From assembly GCF_965228935.1 (NCBI RefSeq), contig NZ_OZ245846.1:1264528-1328527 (forward strand): a DNA stretch of 64,000 bases. Reading direction: 5' to 3'. Both the position numbers and the translations under genes were made by a program. This document shows, one piece after another, positions 1 through 9,137 of this stretch. The notes under the pieces are model-generated. The model was not told the origin of the DNA and ran no database searches. It worked only from the letters and a program-made list of their open reading frames with translations. Numbering within the stretch: position 1 is the first letter of the stretch; each line of letters starts with the position of its first letter. Source of the DNA: Ulvibacterium sp. (lineage in GTDB: Bacteria; Bacteroidota; Bacteroidia; Flavobacteriales; Flavobacteriaceae).

Positions 1-23
1 TGACTTCTTTCTCCCTATCCACA

Positions 24-45
24 AAAAAGTGCCCGACAGGGCACT
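24..45 (+). terminator. Hairpin (agtgccc-gaca-gggcact) followed by a T-rich tract. Candidate rho-independent terminator of a gene upstream of the window.
   Basis: Inverted repeat with 7-bp stem and 4-nt loop, followed by ctattttaaa. Seen directly in the sequence. Confidence 0.3.
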
Positions 46-265
46 CTATTTTAAACCAAATTGTCTTGCGTTGTAACGGCAATTTACCTTGCCAAATATT
101 GAATATTCAGCTAATTAGAGATATGTGAGAATATCTCAATATTACAACTCCGATTATGTAATCTTCATAGGATTAGATTAGAAATAAAGACTAAAAAAAA
201 TACATTTGTAATATAAGTAAAGTAGTACATTCTTACTCTTTTGATAGCATTTAAAGATTTAGCAA

Positions 266-1426
266 ATGAGCGAAAAACTATCGCACTTATCGAATGATGA
301 GATATTAGAATTAATTGAAAGATATTATAGTAAAGAAAAGGTTTCGAATCTTATAAGTGATTATAAACTAGATTTACGGCCGAGCCAACTCGTCAGACAC
401 TTGCCTCCAGAAGTTTTGGATACCAAATGTACTTACTGTGAAGTAAACCTTATCAAGCCAAGATTACCTAGGGATTATCAATCTTGGAAAATGGTTCTCG
501 AATATTGCCCTAGCTGTGGACATGAAGAGGGTGGGTTCTGTTCATGTAAGAACTGCAAGGCTATCGAGTGGTATCATCAAGATAGAGAACGGCAAGAAAA
601 ACAAGATTTTTTGGATATATGGCTAAATCATGAAGATGAAGAAAAAATTGAGTTGGAAGATTTAACATTTACCGAAAAAGTCTATCTAGGAGCTTTATTG
701 AGAGAGGGAATTTCAGAAGACTATAATTACATCAAACCTATTGAAAGTTTCATAAGCCCTTTAACACCTACCTACGAATTCCGTTCAGAAATAATCAATA
801 CTTTAAGCGATATAGGTTCAATTGTAATTCATCATAGTACAGATTCAGAATTCATTGAAATAGTAGATTATGAAGAAGGAAACTATCGATATTATCCTTA
901 TAAAGTTAAATGGGCATTAAATATAAGGTCCAGAGAACTGAACAAGGTACCCTTGGTAGAATCCATAATCAATCCTTCAGAAATTCAAGAAACCGATTAT
1001 GATGAGGCTTTCCTTTTATGGAAGAAAATAGCATTATATGAATCAATTGAATACTTCGAACATAGTGTAAACAACATTTTAGGGATTGACTACAACATTG
1101 GAGAAAAAACCAGAACAGTATTAAATGATTTAACAAACGACTTTTCCGTCTCTCAGATATATGGAATTTTATATAGATCTACAAACAATGCCCTTCGATT
1201 TCAGGCAGAAAGAGGTGTATCTATGAAACATGCATCGAATACCATTGTTGGCAATGCACAAAGTTTTGCCGAAAGAGCGCGAATCAACAAATGGGAATTG
1301 CAAAAATATAATCGTATTAAGAACTTACCTCAAAGTGCATTGAGCAGATTCTTCTTCGAACGAATTATCAAAATTGGGTTTGATGGTTTTAACGAAATAC
1401 CAGATTTATCAAGAATAAGAAATTAA
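266..1426 (+). CDS. Hypothetical protein with an N-terminal Cys-rich zinc-ribbon-like cluster (CTYC...CPSCGHEEGGFCSCKNCK).
   Basis: Long ORF. First gene of four tightly spaced plus-strand ORFs (gaps of 22, 51 and 6 nt). Multiple CxxC pairs. Confidence 0.5.
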   Translation: MSEKLSHLSNDEILELIERYYSKEKVSNLISDYKLDLRPSQLVRHLPPEVLDTKCTYCEVNLIKPRLPRDYQSWKMVLEYCPSCGHEEGGFCSCKNCKAIEWYHQDRERQEKQDFLDIWLNHEDEEKIELEDLTFTEKVYLGALLREGISEDYNYIKPIESFISPLTPTYEFRSEIINTLSDIGSIVIHHSTDSEFIEIVDYEEGNYRYYPYKVKWALNIRSRELNKVPLVESIINPSEIQETDYDEAFLLWKKIALYESIEYFEHSVNNILGIDYNIGEKTRTVLNDLTNDFSVSQIYGILYRSTNNALRFQAERGVSMKHASNTIVGNAQSFAERARINKWELQKYNRIKNLPQSALSRFFFERIIKIGFDGFNEIPDLSRIRN

Positions 1427-1448
1427 ACTTTGCCCATAATTTTAAGGA

Positions 1449-2150
1449 TTGAATAGAATGCCAGTTCACACGAAGAAAATTTACGGTGACGTCACCCCAC
1501 AAAGTGTTGAAGATATTCTGCTAGCTGAATTACCTTCGAACGCTTGGTTAATAGACGAAACTATCAAATATGCAAAACAGCTAAATGACCACATATCAAT
1601 ATTGGAAGATTTACAGAACGTAAAAGAGCTGATTCAAGAATTAACGATTATCCGCAAACGAGAATTATCAAATAATACCGGAGAAAGAAGGTTGCTAAAA
1701 AGGGCATTGTTTACAAATGCCATAATAGGTTATGGGAGATGTTTTAATTATACCAAAAAAGGTGGGCGAAATTCCATTGATATAAAAATCATAAAAAAAG
1801 ACTTTCCTGGACAAAACGGCATTAAGGTTAATGACCTGATTCGGTTTCATAAATATATTATTGGTTTAAGAAATTCGTTTGTAGCCCACGCTGACAAAAG
1901 CATCTATGAAACCGATAGGGCGCACATTGAATTTCAATATGATGGCTCTACATTAAACTCTATCTTTAGTCATTACTCTATCAAGGTATATAGCTTTGAT
2001 GAGGTACAACTTAAAAACTTCTCAATACTAACAGATTTATTAGTGGTTAAAGTAGAAGAGAAAAAAAGCGCACTAGTAGATAAATTGAAGAGCGAAATCG
2101 GCGATAGCAAGCTTATAGATATAGGTTTTAAAATAGCAAAAAAGGTTTAA
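1449..2150 (+). CDS. Hypothetical protein. A possible HEPN-like Rx4-6H motif (GLRNSFVAHADKS) suggests an Abi/RNase-type domain.
   Basis: ORF is tightly coupled to its neighbours. RNSFVAH matches the Rx5H spacing of HEPN motifs. The assignment is inference only. Confidence 0.4.
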   Translation: MNRMPVHTKKIYGDVTPQSVEDILLAELPSNAWLIDETIKYAKQLNDHISILEDLQNVKELIQELTIIRKRELSNNTGERRLLKRALFTNAIIGYGRCFNYTKKGGRNSIDIKIIKKDFPGQNGIKVNDLIRFHKYIIGLRNSFVAHADKSIYETDRAHIEFQYDGSTLNSIFSHYSIKVYSFDEVQLKNFSILTDLLVVKVEEKKSALVDKLKSEIGDSKLIDIGFKIAKKV

Positions 2151-2201
2151 ATAGAATTATTTTTCTTACTAACAAAAATCTGTATAGTTCAATCGTGTTT
2201 T

Positions 2202-3062
2202 ATGGTAAAAGGAATTTGTGCTTTGTACGGCAATGAGACAGATTTAATGGAAAGCCACATCTTTCCAAAATTTGTAATCAAGCATACCAAAAAGACAGGC
2301 TCAAAGTTTTTAAGGAAATTGGTTGAACCCAATAAAAGAGAGCAAGATGGCATAAAACACCATTTGTTAAGTTTTAAAGCAGAGCAAGACTTTGCTGTAC
2401 GGGAAAAATGGTTCGCAGAAAACATTTTTGAACCTTACCTGCAAGGGTATACAGAGCTAGACTATAATGAAAATCTCTATTATTTTTCGGTGTCATTTTT
2501 ATGGAGGATTCTGTTGTCCGAATTTAAAACGACAGCAAATTTGAAGAATCAATGGTACTTCAAACTACTACAAGAAGTAGAAGAGGAATGGAAACTTTAT
2601 TTACGGATCGGTACTATTCCTAGAAAGTTTCACAATGTAAATCTTTTTTTGACCGATAGGATTGAATCACATACTACAGATTTAAAAGGTGTCGACTTCT
2701 ATTTTACCAGGGCCTTGGACGGAACAATTGTTACTGGCCCAAACCAAGAGCACTTAATACTGTATGGAAAGTTTAACAGGTTTATTTTTTGGAGTGTCAT
2801 CAAAAGCCCTAAATATTTAGATGAACTTTATGATGTTGAAATTCACCCAAAAGGAGGCAATATTGAAATACCTCAACCATTGGAATATGAGCCGATAATA
2901 AATTTTATGACCAATCGCATAAAAAAAATTAGCGAGTTTGCTTTACCGAATGAAACACAACAAGATAGGATAGCACAAGAAATTATGAAGGATCCCGAAA
3001 GTTTTTGGAAATCTGATGTGGGTCAATCTTTATACAATGATAGATTTAATCTAGAAAAATAG
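2202..3062 (+). CDS. Hypothetical protein.
   Basis: 286-aa ORF in the same operon. No recognised motif. Confidence 0.45.
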   Translation: MVKGICALYGNETDLMESHIFPKFVIKHTKKTGSKFLRKLVEPNKREQDGIKHHLLSFKAEQDFAVREKWFAENIFEPYLQGYTELDYNENLYYFSVSFLWRILLSEFKTTANLKNQWYFKLLQEVEEEWKLYLRIGTIPRKFHNVNLFLTDRIESHTTDLKGVDFYFTRALDGTIVTGPNQEHLILYGKFNRFIFWSVIKSPKYLDELYDVEIHPKGGNIEIPQPLEYEPIINFMTNRIKKISEFALPNETQQDRIAQEIMKDPESFWKSDVGQSLYNDRFNLEK

Positions 3063-3068
3063 TCAGTT

Positions 3069-3701
3069 ATGATAATGACCTATCTAGATATGACTATCAA
3101 CAGAAAAGAAGATATTGAGATTGTTCAAGACCTGATTCGGCAAGTACATATTGACGCCCCAGTGTTCATAATCGAGTTTGAGGACAGGTATGAGGTCAGT
3201 TTCGCTGATGATTACGAACAATGGGAATTGGAAAGTGCAATTGAACAAGCCTTTCCAGAATACGAATTCACCGAAGATTTAGGCAAAGGTCGCAAAGAAA
3301 TCAGAATTGAATTTGCGAGACAGCAGTCAAGTTTCTCAACCGATGACTGGGGGAGACCATTGGAAAATCCAATCAATGAAAAGAAATACTTAATTAAAAA
3401 GTCAAAAGAAAAGATTGTAAAATTCAGCCCTCAGGTAAAAGCACTTTTCGGAGATTCAGATTCGTATTATTTCATAAATATTGTTAGTGGAATAGATAAA
3501 AAATCCAATAAAACAGGGTATTTGGTACTGGACGATTTTAAGGAATTTGACAAGGATAAGGACGGTGGTTTTTTGAGAAATGAGCTTTATGAAACTCCAA
3601 TGAAAGCTTTTTGGAGTGGAGTCAGAGAAATTAAACATATTGCCGAATCTGATTACGCAGAGTTTGTGAAAAATACTAAACGAAAGGGAAAAAGGAGGTA
3701 A
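3069..3701 (+). CDS. Hypothetical protein (acidic N-terminus, basic C-terminus).
   Basis: 210-aa ORF. Its start lies 6 nt after the stop of the preceding gene. Confidence 0.45.
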   Translation: MIMTYLDMTINRKEDIEIVQDLIRQVHIDAPVFIIEFEDRYEVSFADDYEQWELESAIEQAFPEYEFTEDLGKGRKEIRIEFARQQSSFSTDDWGRPLENPINEKKYLIKKSKEKIVKFSPQVKALFGDSDSYYFINIVSGIDKKSNKTGYLVLDDFKEFDKDKDGGFLRNELYETPMKAFWSGVREIKHIAESDYAEFVKNTKRKGKRR

Positions 3702-3803
3702 TGATCAGATTTTTATGAGCAATGTTCCAAGAAACAGAATTTTTTCTAAACTATTGAAATATATAATGAATTGCTTCGCCGGGAGGGTAGGAAATTGTAA
3801 GAT

Positions 3804-3841
3804 AAACCCAAACGGACGATTTTTTTCGTCCGTTTGGGTTT
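3804..3841. terminator. Near-perfect 15-16-bp inverted repeat (aaacccaaacggacga / tcgtccgtttgggttt) with a T7 loop. Candidate bidirectional terminator between the 4-gene operon and fic.
   Basis: Palindrome seen directly. Located 100 nt downstream of the ORF ending at 3701. Confidence 0.4.
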
Positions 3842-3903
3842 ATGCGCGGTTTCAACTTCCGCAGAGACACGGATAGGCTGTATGTAGAGAACGTTATTTA
3901 AAA

Positions 3904-4093
3904 TTATAATGGAAAATATTTTACTGTTTTGTGGCTTTACTGTAAAATTTTTTGCAAAATATCCCCATTAATTCAACTTATTGGAAAATAACACGGGCAA
4001 TTATAATGGAAAATATTTGTCAAAAACCTATTTATAATAGAAAATATTTTGCAGCTTTGTGTCGTTAATGCGTGATAATGGAAAAAAATGTGC
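3904..4093. repeat. Three to four direct repeats of the roughly 17-nt motif TTATAATGGAAAATATTT (copies at about 3904, 4001, 4032 and 4075). Iteron-like or operator-like array upstream of, and overlapping, the fic start.
   Basis: Copies read directly: ttataatggaaaatatttt, ttataatggaaaatatttg, ttataatagaaaatatttt, gataatggaaaaaaatgtg. Confidence 0.5.
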
Positions 4094-5550
4094 ACTTACA
4101 GGAAATTATTTATAGCTCCCCGGATTCCGTAACCTCACGTCGTATCTCCAAATGGGAAGACGAAGGCAGTATACGGAAGATAGCCCCTCGTATTTACACC
4201 TCAAATTTTGAGGATACTCCTGAAAATATCATACGGCGCAACCTGTTTCCTATCTTGGGAAATCTTTATCCCGGAGCCGTTCTCAGCCATAGATCTGCCT
4301 TTGAATTTGCGCCCACACCAAGTAACCAAATTTTTGTAACCTATAAATACACAAAAAAAGTCAAGCTTCCTGGAATCACCATTCGTTTTTTAGAAGGCCC
4401 ACAAGCCATTGATGGGGATACATCCTTTTCAGGGGAATTAATGGTCTCCCAACGCGAGCGGGCGTTTTTGGAAAACCTACAAACCTCACGACAAAGAGGA
4501 GCCAATTCCAAAACGTTGGCTTATCCACAATTAGAGGAAAAACTGGAAAAAATAATAAGGGTTAACGGTGAGGCGGAATTGAACGAACTACGTGATAGAG
4601 CACGTAAAATATCCAAGGAATTGGGCATGGAAAAGGAGTTTGAAAAACTCAATAAAATCATAAGTGCCCTGCTTGTAACAAGGTCGGCAAATGAGCTAAA
4701 ATCCCCATTGGCGACGGCACGTGCCGTAGGCAACCCTTATGATCCTGCCCGTATTCAACTGTTTGAAATCCTCTTTCGGGAATTGAAACAAAACGAGTTT
4801 AAATACCGCAAAGAAAAGAATACGACCACGGAGGCCTATCGCAATTTTGCATTTTACGAAAGTTATTTCTCCAACTACATTGAGGGAACGGTATTTGAGA
4901 TTGATGAGGCAAAACAAGTAATTGCCACCCAACAACCCCTACCCGCTAGAAATGAGGATTCACATGATATATTGGGTACGTATCAATTGGTTTCCAACAA
5001 GCAGGAAATGAAAATTGTCCCATATTCTGCTGAAAACTTGTTGGAAATCCTTCAATACCGCCATGAAATCCTGCTTAGTGCAAGGGAAGATAAAAAGCCA
5101 GGAAAGTTTAAGGACAAGAACAATAAAGCCGGCGACACTTTTTTTGTCGATATGGAACTTGTACGCGGCACTTTATTGCAGAGCTTAGATTTTTATAAAG
5201 CCCTTGTCCATCCTTTTGCAAAGGCAGCTTATATGATGTTCGTTGTTAGTGAGGTTCATCCTTTTTTGGACGGTAACGGCCGTCTGGCCCGTATTATGAT
5301 GAACGCAGAACTTTCCACTGCCCAACAAACCAAGATCATCATTCCCACTGTTTATCGTGAGGATTATCTAGGAGCTTTGCGTCGATTGACCCGTAATAGC
5401 GACCCCAAAGTTTATGTTCGAATGTTGGAACGTGCCCATGCATTTAGCGATACCCTCTTGGCAAGTGATATGGAAAGCATGGAGGAGCAATTACGAAAGA
5501 GCAATGCCTTTAAAGAGAGCAATGAAGGGGTTTTGAAGATTGTTGGGTGA
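4072..5550 (+). CDS. fic: Fic/DOC family protein (probable AMPylating toxin/effector).
   Basis: Canonical Fic motif HPFLDGNGRLARIMM, of the form HPFx(D/E)GNGR. Confidence 0.85.
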   Translation: MIMEKNVHLQEIIYSSPDSVTSRRISKWEDEGSIRKIAPRIYTSNFEDTPENIIRRNLFPILGNLYPGAVLSHRSAFEFAPTPSNQIFVTYKYTKKVKLPGITIRFLEGPQAIDGDTSFSGELMVSQRERAFLENLQTSRQRGANSKTLAYPQLEEKLEKIIRVNGEAELNELRDRARKISKELGMEKEFEKLNKIISALLVTRSANELKSPLATARAVGNPYDPARIQLFEILFRELKQNEFKYRKEKNTTTEAYRNFAFYESYFSNYIEGTVFEIDEAKQVIATQQPLPARNEDSHDILGTYQLVSNKQEMKIVPYSAENLLEILQYRHEILLSAREDKKPGKFKDKNNKAGDTFFVDMELVRGTLLQSLDFYKALVHPFAKAAYMMFVVSEVHPFLDGNGRLARIMMNAELSTAQQTKIIIPTVYREDYLGALRRLTRNSDPKVYVRMLERAHAFSDTLLASDMESMEEQLRKSNAFKESNEGVLKIVG

Positions 5551-5577
5551 TCACGGGTTGGGAGCGATTCCATAAAA

Positions 5578-7284
5578 TCAAAAATTGAGCAGATTGTTTC
5601 CCTTGTTTTTCGGTGGTTCCAAAATACTTTTGGCTTCCCCAATAATTTGGTGATATTTTTTCTGAATATCCGTTTCGGTGGCCATCATCGGAAAGTCAAA
5701 ATTGTCTCCCCAAAACTCTTGATTGATTTGAAATTGTTCTTTCAAAATCTCTTGTTCGTTTCCTTCTGCAATAAACCCATAAAATTCACCAAGACGTAAG
5801 TTCATAATGTCAGTAATCTTTACCCTGTCCCGTTCCTGAATACTCTCGTTAGTACTCTTGTTGAGGGAATTGGTATGCTTCCCAAAAATAGAGGATTGGT
5901 AATAATTGTCCCCGTGGTTGGTGGTCTTAAAGGTTTTGTCTGCTTTGCCAAAAAGTTGGCTTATCATTTGGGCAGAATCCTTGTTGACCGTTCTTCCGAA
6001 AAACTGGTTGCCCATATTGGATAGAATGACTTGGGCCTTGTCCCTTCCGTATCGGTCCACCAATTGGCTAAAGTCCTGACAGGCCAAAACCGTAGCTACT
6101 TTATTGCTTCGTGCCGTGGCCGGTGTTTGTTCCAGTTTGTTGATATAGAGCGTTGGAAGTTCATCCACCAAGACCATTGACTTATGCTTATGGGGCTGGT
6201 TCATTTGCTTTAATGCTACCGAAAGGATTAAAGAAATTACCGGGGCGTAGGTTTGAGACAAGGTGCTTTCGTTACCAATACTGACAAATTTGGGATTGGA
6301 TGGACTATTGATGTCCAAATCAAAATCATTCCCCGAAAGAATCCAAAAAATATCCGGGGTATTCAATTTGGCCAAGTTGGTCTGTAAGGTACTGACTACG
6401 CCAGAGACCTGTCTGCTTGATTCACTTTTGATGGCCTGGTATAGACTGGCCATATAGCCTGCTGCCTCATAGTTTTTCGAAACCTTTTTGACCAACTCCC
6501 CAATATTGCCATGGAGTACCAAACTGATCAGATGGGGCAGGGTACAATAGTGGGGATATTCCAATTTCAAATACCAAATCAATCCCGTCAACACACTTTT
6601 GGCCTCAATGACCCAATAATCCTCGTTTTTGATGTTGTTGGGGGATAGGTTGTACATCAGGGTCTGGGCATATTCGTGTGCATAGGCTGTCTTGGTCATT
6701 AGGTCAGGTTGTAAGGGATTGACCCGCGCACTTCTTTTGGCATCCTTAAAATCCACAAAATAGGGTTTGATACCGGATTGGAAATTATCCATTTGCGTGA
6801 ACAGAAAGCTACTCAGTTCGGGGGATTTAAAATCATAGCAGATACCAGAAAAATGCTGAGTAACGGCCTGTTCCAATATGGGATAGACCAATGAAGCTGA
6901 TTTTCCGCTTCCCGCCCCGCCTTGGATGTATATGCCGCGGTAGGGATTTTCCAATAGTATCGTTTTGTTGTCAATTCGAAATGGGAAATCCCCTTCCTTA
7001 ATCTTGATTGGTCTTTCTACCTTCACACTTCGAATTGTTTTGAAAAGTATTTTGAGAATGTGGTAGGCCAACCACAAAATGAGATAAGCTGGCAAAGTCC
7101 AGGTCACGGGAAAAATTAGGGCAATGAAATAAGACAAAGGTGCACCGAGGATGATGGAAATTTTCAACTTTTTTCTAAGGAAAAGAGTGTAGACCACCGT
7201 ACTTACAACTATCAGTAATGACCTGTAGTAGATACCCTTGGCCCCAAGAATATACTCGACAAAGAAGGTGTTTTCCATGGTCAT
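5578..7284 (-). CDS. mobC: Mobilization protein MobC. TraG/VirD4-like type IV coupling protein.
   Basis: N-terminal transmembrane segments. Walker A GGAGSGKSAS. The size and its position after the relaxase gene match Bacteroidetes mobABC operons. Confidence 0.75.
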   Translation of the reverse strand: MTMENTFFVEYILGAKGIYYRSLLIVVSTVVYTLFLRKKLKISIILGAPLSYFIALIFPVTWTLPAYLILWLAYHILKILFKTIRSVKVERPIKIKEGDFPFRIDNKTILLENPYRGIYIQGGAGSGKSASLVYPILEQAVTQHFSGICYDFKSPELSSFLFTQMDNFQSGIKPYFVDFKDAKRSARVNPLQPDLMTKTAYAHEYAQTLMYNLSPNNIKNEDYWVIEAKSVLTGLIWYLKLEYPHYCTLPHLISLVLHGNIGELVKKVSKNYEAAGYMASLYQAIKSESSRQVSGVVSTLQTNLAKLNTPDIFWILSGNDFDLDINSPSNPKFVSIGNESTLSQTYAPVISLILSVALKQMNQPHKHKSMVLVDELPTLYINKLEQTPATARSNKVATVLACQDFSQLVDRYGRDKAQVILSNMGNQFFGRTVNKDSAQMISQLFGKADKTFKTTNHGDNYYQSSIFGKHTNSLNKSTNESIQERDRVKITDIMNLRLGEFYGFIAEGNEQEILKEQFQINQEFWGDNFDFPMMATETDIQKKYHQIIGEAKSILEPPKNKGNNLLNF

Positions 7285-8180
7285 CGTGAGATTTGATTGT
7301 TCCTGTCCCGTGTCCTTTCTTTAACCATATCTGGGAGCCATTGCTCCTGATGTCGGCGTTGACGAGGTTCTTTTTCCAATTTGATTTTGTTCTGCAAGGC
7401 CAATTTCTCTTCCATAGTACCATGCTTCAAGGTTCTGAGGGTCTCAAATTTTTCCTCCAGCCCACGTTTGTATTTGAACATGTTGTCAAATGAGTCCTCA
7501 TTAAGCTGTTTCCAGTTGGAGCGGTCAAAACCACCTTTAACGGTTCTACCATTCAATACAAGTTCTTTCCCGCTTCTGGCATTGGCCAACGGGCTTAGAT
7601 TGATTCGATGGTCTTTGTGCATCCGAGAGACCGTGATATGTACATGGGTCTGCAATCCTTTTTTAGGCTCACCGCTTTTGACCTGCCCCGATTTGACGGC
7701 TGCATCCATTCCTTTGAATCGCCGTTTGTGTTCAATCTTCGCAAACCAGACAATCTGGTTTTCTTTGATGTCCTTTTTGAAATTGGCGGCATAGTTTTGC
7801 ATGGCCTGTCGCACAAAAAGTTTAATGACCTCATTGTAGTGTTCATATTCTTTTTGGTTGAGTTCATCCACGGTTGCAATCGGTCTTTTGGCAATAGTGG
7901 AGGTCAAGTGCTCCTGTTCTTTTTGGCTAAAATTCAAGGTTAACGTAAAATACCTGTCCTGTTTTTTGGCCAATCCCTTGCCTTTATTGTTATCGTCCAC
8001 CAGTGAAATCGCATTGGCCGTTGTTATCATATTTTGGTCCTGGTTAAAGAAGAATTGCTGTCGTTCTGGTTGCCCCTCTTTTTTGAGTTCCTTGTTTTCC
8101 TTATTGAGATAATGCCCATATTTGGAGCAGCTTCCTTTGTTGTCCGATGAAGTCTGATGTACGATACTTACAGGCATCAT
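7281..8180 (-). CDS. mobB: Relaxase/mobilization nuclease MobB.
   Basis: HUH-type motif (KKGLQTHVHITVSRMH). Its stop overlaps the mobC start. Its position between mobA and mobC fits. Confidence 0.7.
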   Translation of the reverse strand: MMPVSIVHQTSSDNKGSCSKYGHYLNKENKELKKEGQPERQQFFFNQDQNMITTANAISLVDDNNKGKGLAKKQDRYFTLTLNFSQKEQEHLTSTIAKRPIATVDELNQKEYEHYNEVIKLFVRQAMQNYAANFKKDIKENQIVWFAKIEHKRRFKGMDAAVKSGQVKSGEPKKGLQTHVHITVSRMHKDHRINLSPLANARSGKELVLNGRTVKGGFDRSNWKQLNEDSFDNMFKYKRGLEEKFETLRTLKHGTMEEKLALQNKIKLEKEPRQRRHQEQWLPDMVKERTRDRNNQISR

Positions 8181-8533
8181 CTTCCCATTCGTATTTGTTC
8201 AAAAATTCGATTGAGTTCATCGATAAGTTTGTTGAACAATGTCTCGGTACGTTGCCCGTTTTTGAGCAGTTGCTTTTGGATGGGATAAAGGATTTCGGAT
8301 TCCTGTGTTTTGAAGAAGGAAACAATTCGCCGATCAACGACCTTGATCATTTCAAAAGCATTCTTGCCCTTAATGGCCTGCGGGTCGGTTCCTGTCTTTT
8401 GGAAATAATGAATCATTTCCTCGGTAAATTTTCCGACCCCTCTATTGTGTTCTGAAGCCAATTTCTTGAGTTCCCTATGGCTCCTTTCGCTGATAATAAC
8501 GCTCTTTTTTCGCATGGTGATGGCTTTGTCCAA
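8177..8533 (-). CDS. mobA: Mobilization protein MobA (small, basic, RHH-like DNA-binding accessory protein).
   Basis: 118-aa ORF whose stop overlaps the mobB start. N-terminal basic region RKKSVIISERSHRELKKLA. Confidence 0.55.
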   Translation of the reverse strand: MDKAITMRKKSVIISERSHRELKKLASEHNRGVGKFTEEMIHYFQKTGTDPQAIKGKNAFEMIKVVDRRIVSFFKTQESEILYPIQKQLLKNGQRTETLFNKLIDELNRIFEQIRMGR

Positions 8534-8729
8534 ATATCATCGGTAAGGGGAAAGAAAGGTGTGCACTCGCGGGAAGTGTGCAGGACGGGACTTGTAAATC
8601 ATTGATTATTAGGAAAGCCCTGAAATGAAGTAATTTTAGGTGAATGCAACGGATTTTATAGTATTTGCCTTTGATATTCAAACAATTACATGGTCCCGTA
8701 TTAAAAAATCATAAACTGTTATAATAGAC

Positions 8730-8930
8730 GAATCCCAAACCAGAGCAGGCATAGCCTGCGGTCGCCCGCCGCAGGCGCGAGCGGGAACCACTGCGCAGCA
8801 TGGTTCCCGCTCGCTATCTTTCTTTTGAAAGATACTCTGCGGCTCATGCGGAATTTTTTGTGGTTAGGGAGAAGAATAAGGAATCAAAAAATTATAAAGT
8901 AAAGCTTATAGAATATTGATAAGCTTTATA
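8730..8930. promoter_or_regulatory. Candidate origin of transfer (oriT) and mob promoter region. It contains GC-rich nested hairpins (8735-8749 and 8777-8814, the latter a 14-bp stem gcgagcgggaacca/tggttcccgctcgc) and an AT-rich 10-bp inverted repeat TAAAGCTTAT-N9-ATAAGCTTTA (8900-8928).
   Basis: Inverted repeats seen directly. The location immediately upstream of mobA is where oriT lies in Bacteroides mobilizable elements. That placement is established knowledge, but the nic site itself is not identified. Confidence 0.4.
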
Positions 8931-9137
8931 AATATCATTGGAGAGAATTAGTCCCAAAAAAAGCCTTTGTTTATGAGATTGGGAATAAATTGCTACCAAT
9001 GGTATGGCATATACTGTGTTGGAGCGCGTATTCATTCTCCCGTTTTGGGTAGGCAAAGGCATACTCTTTGGCAAGTTTTTGGCTTGTTTATCGGTTTAAG
9101 CAAATTGTAAATGCGTAGGGCTTTTCGCGTGGGAATT

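Noticed and set aside
7293-8455. Plus-strand ORFs overlapping mobB/mobA.
   Set aside because: Antisense to the relaxase operon, with no motifs. The mob genes explain the region.
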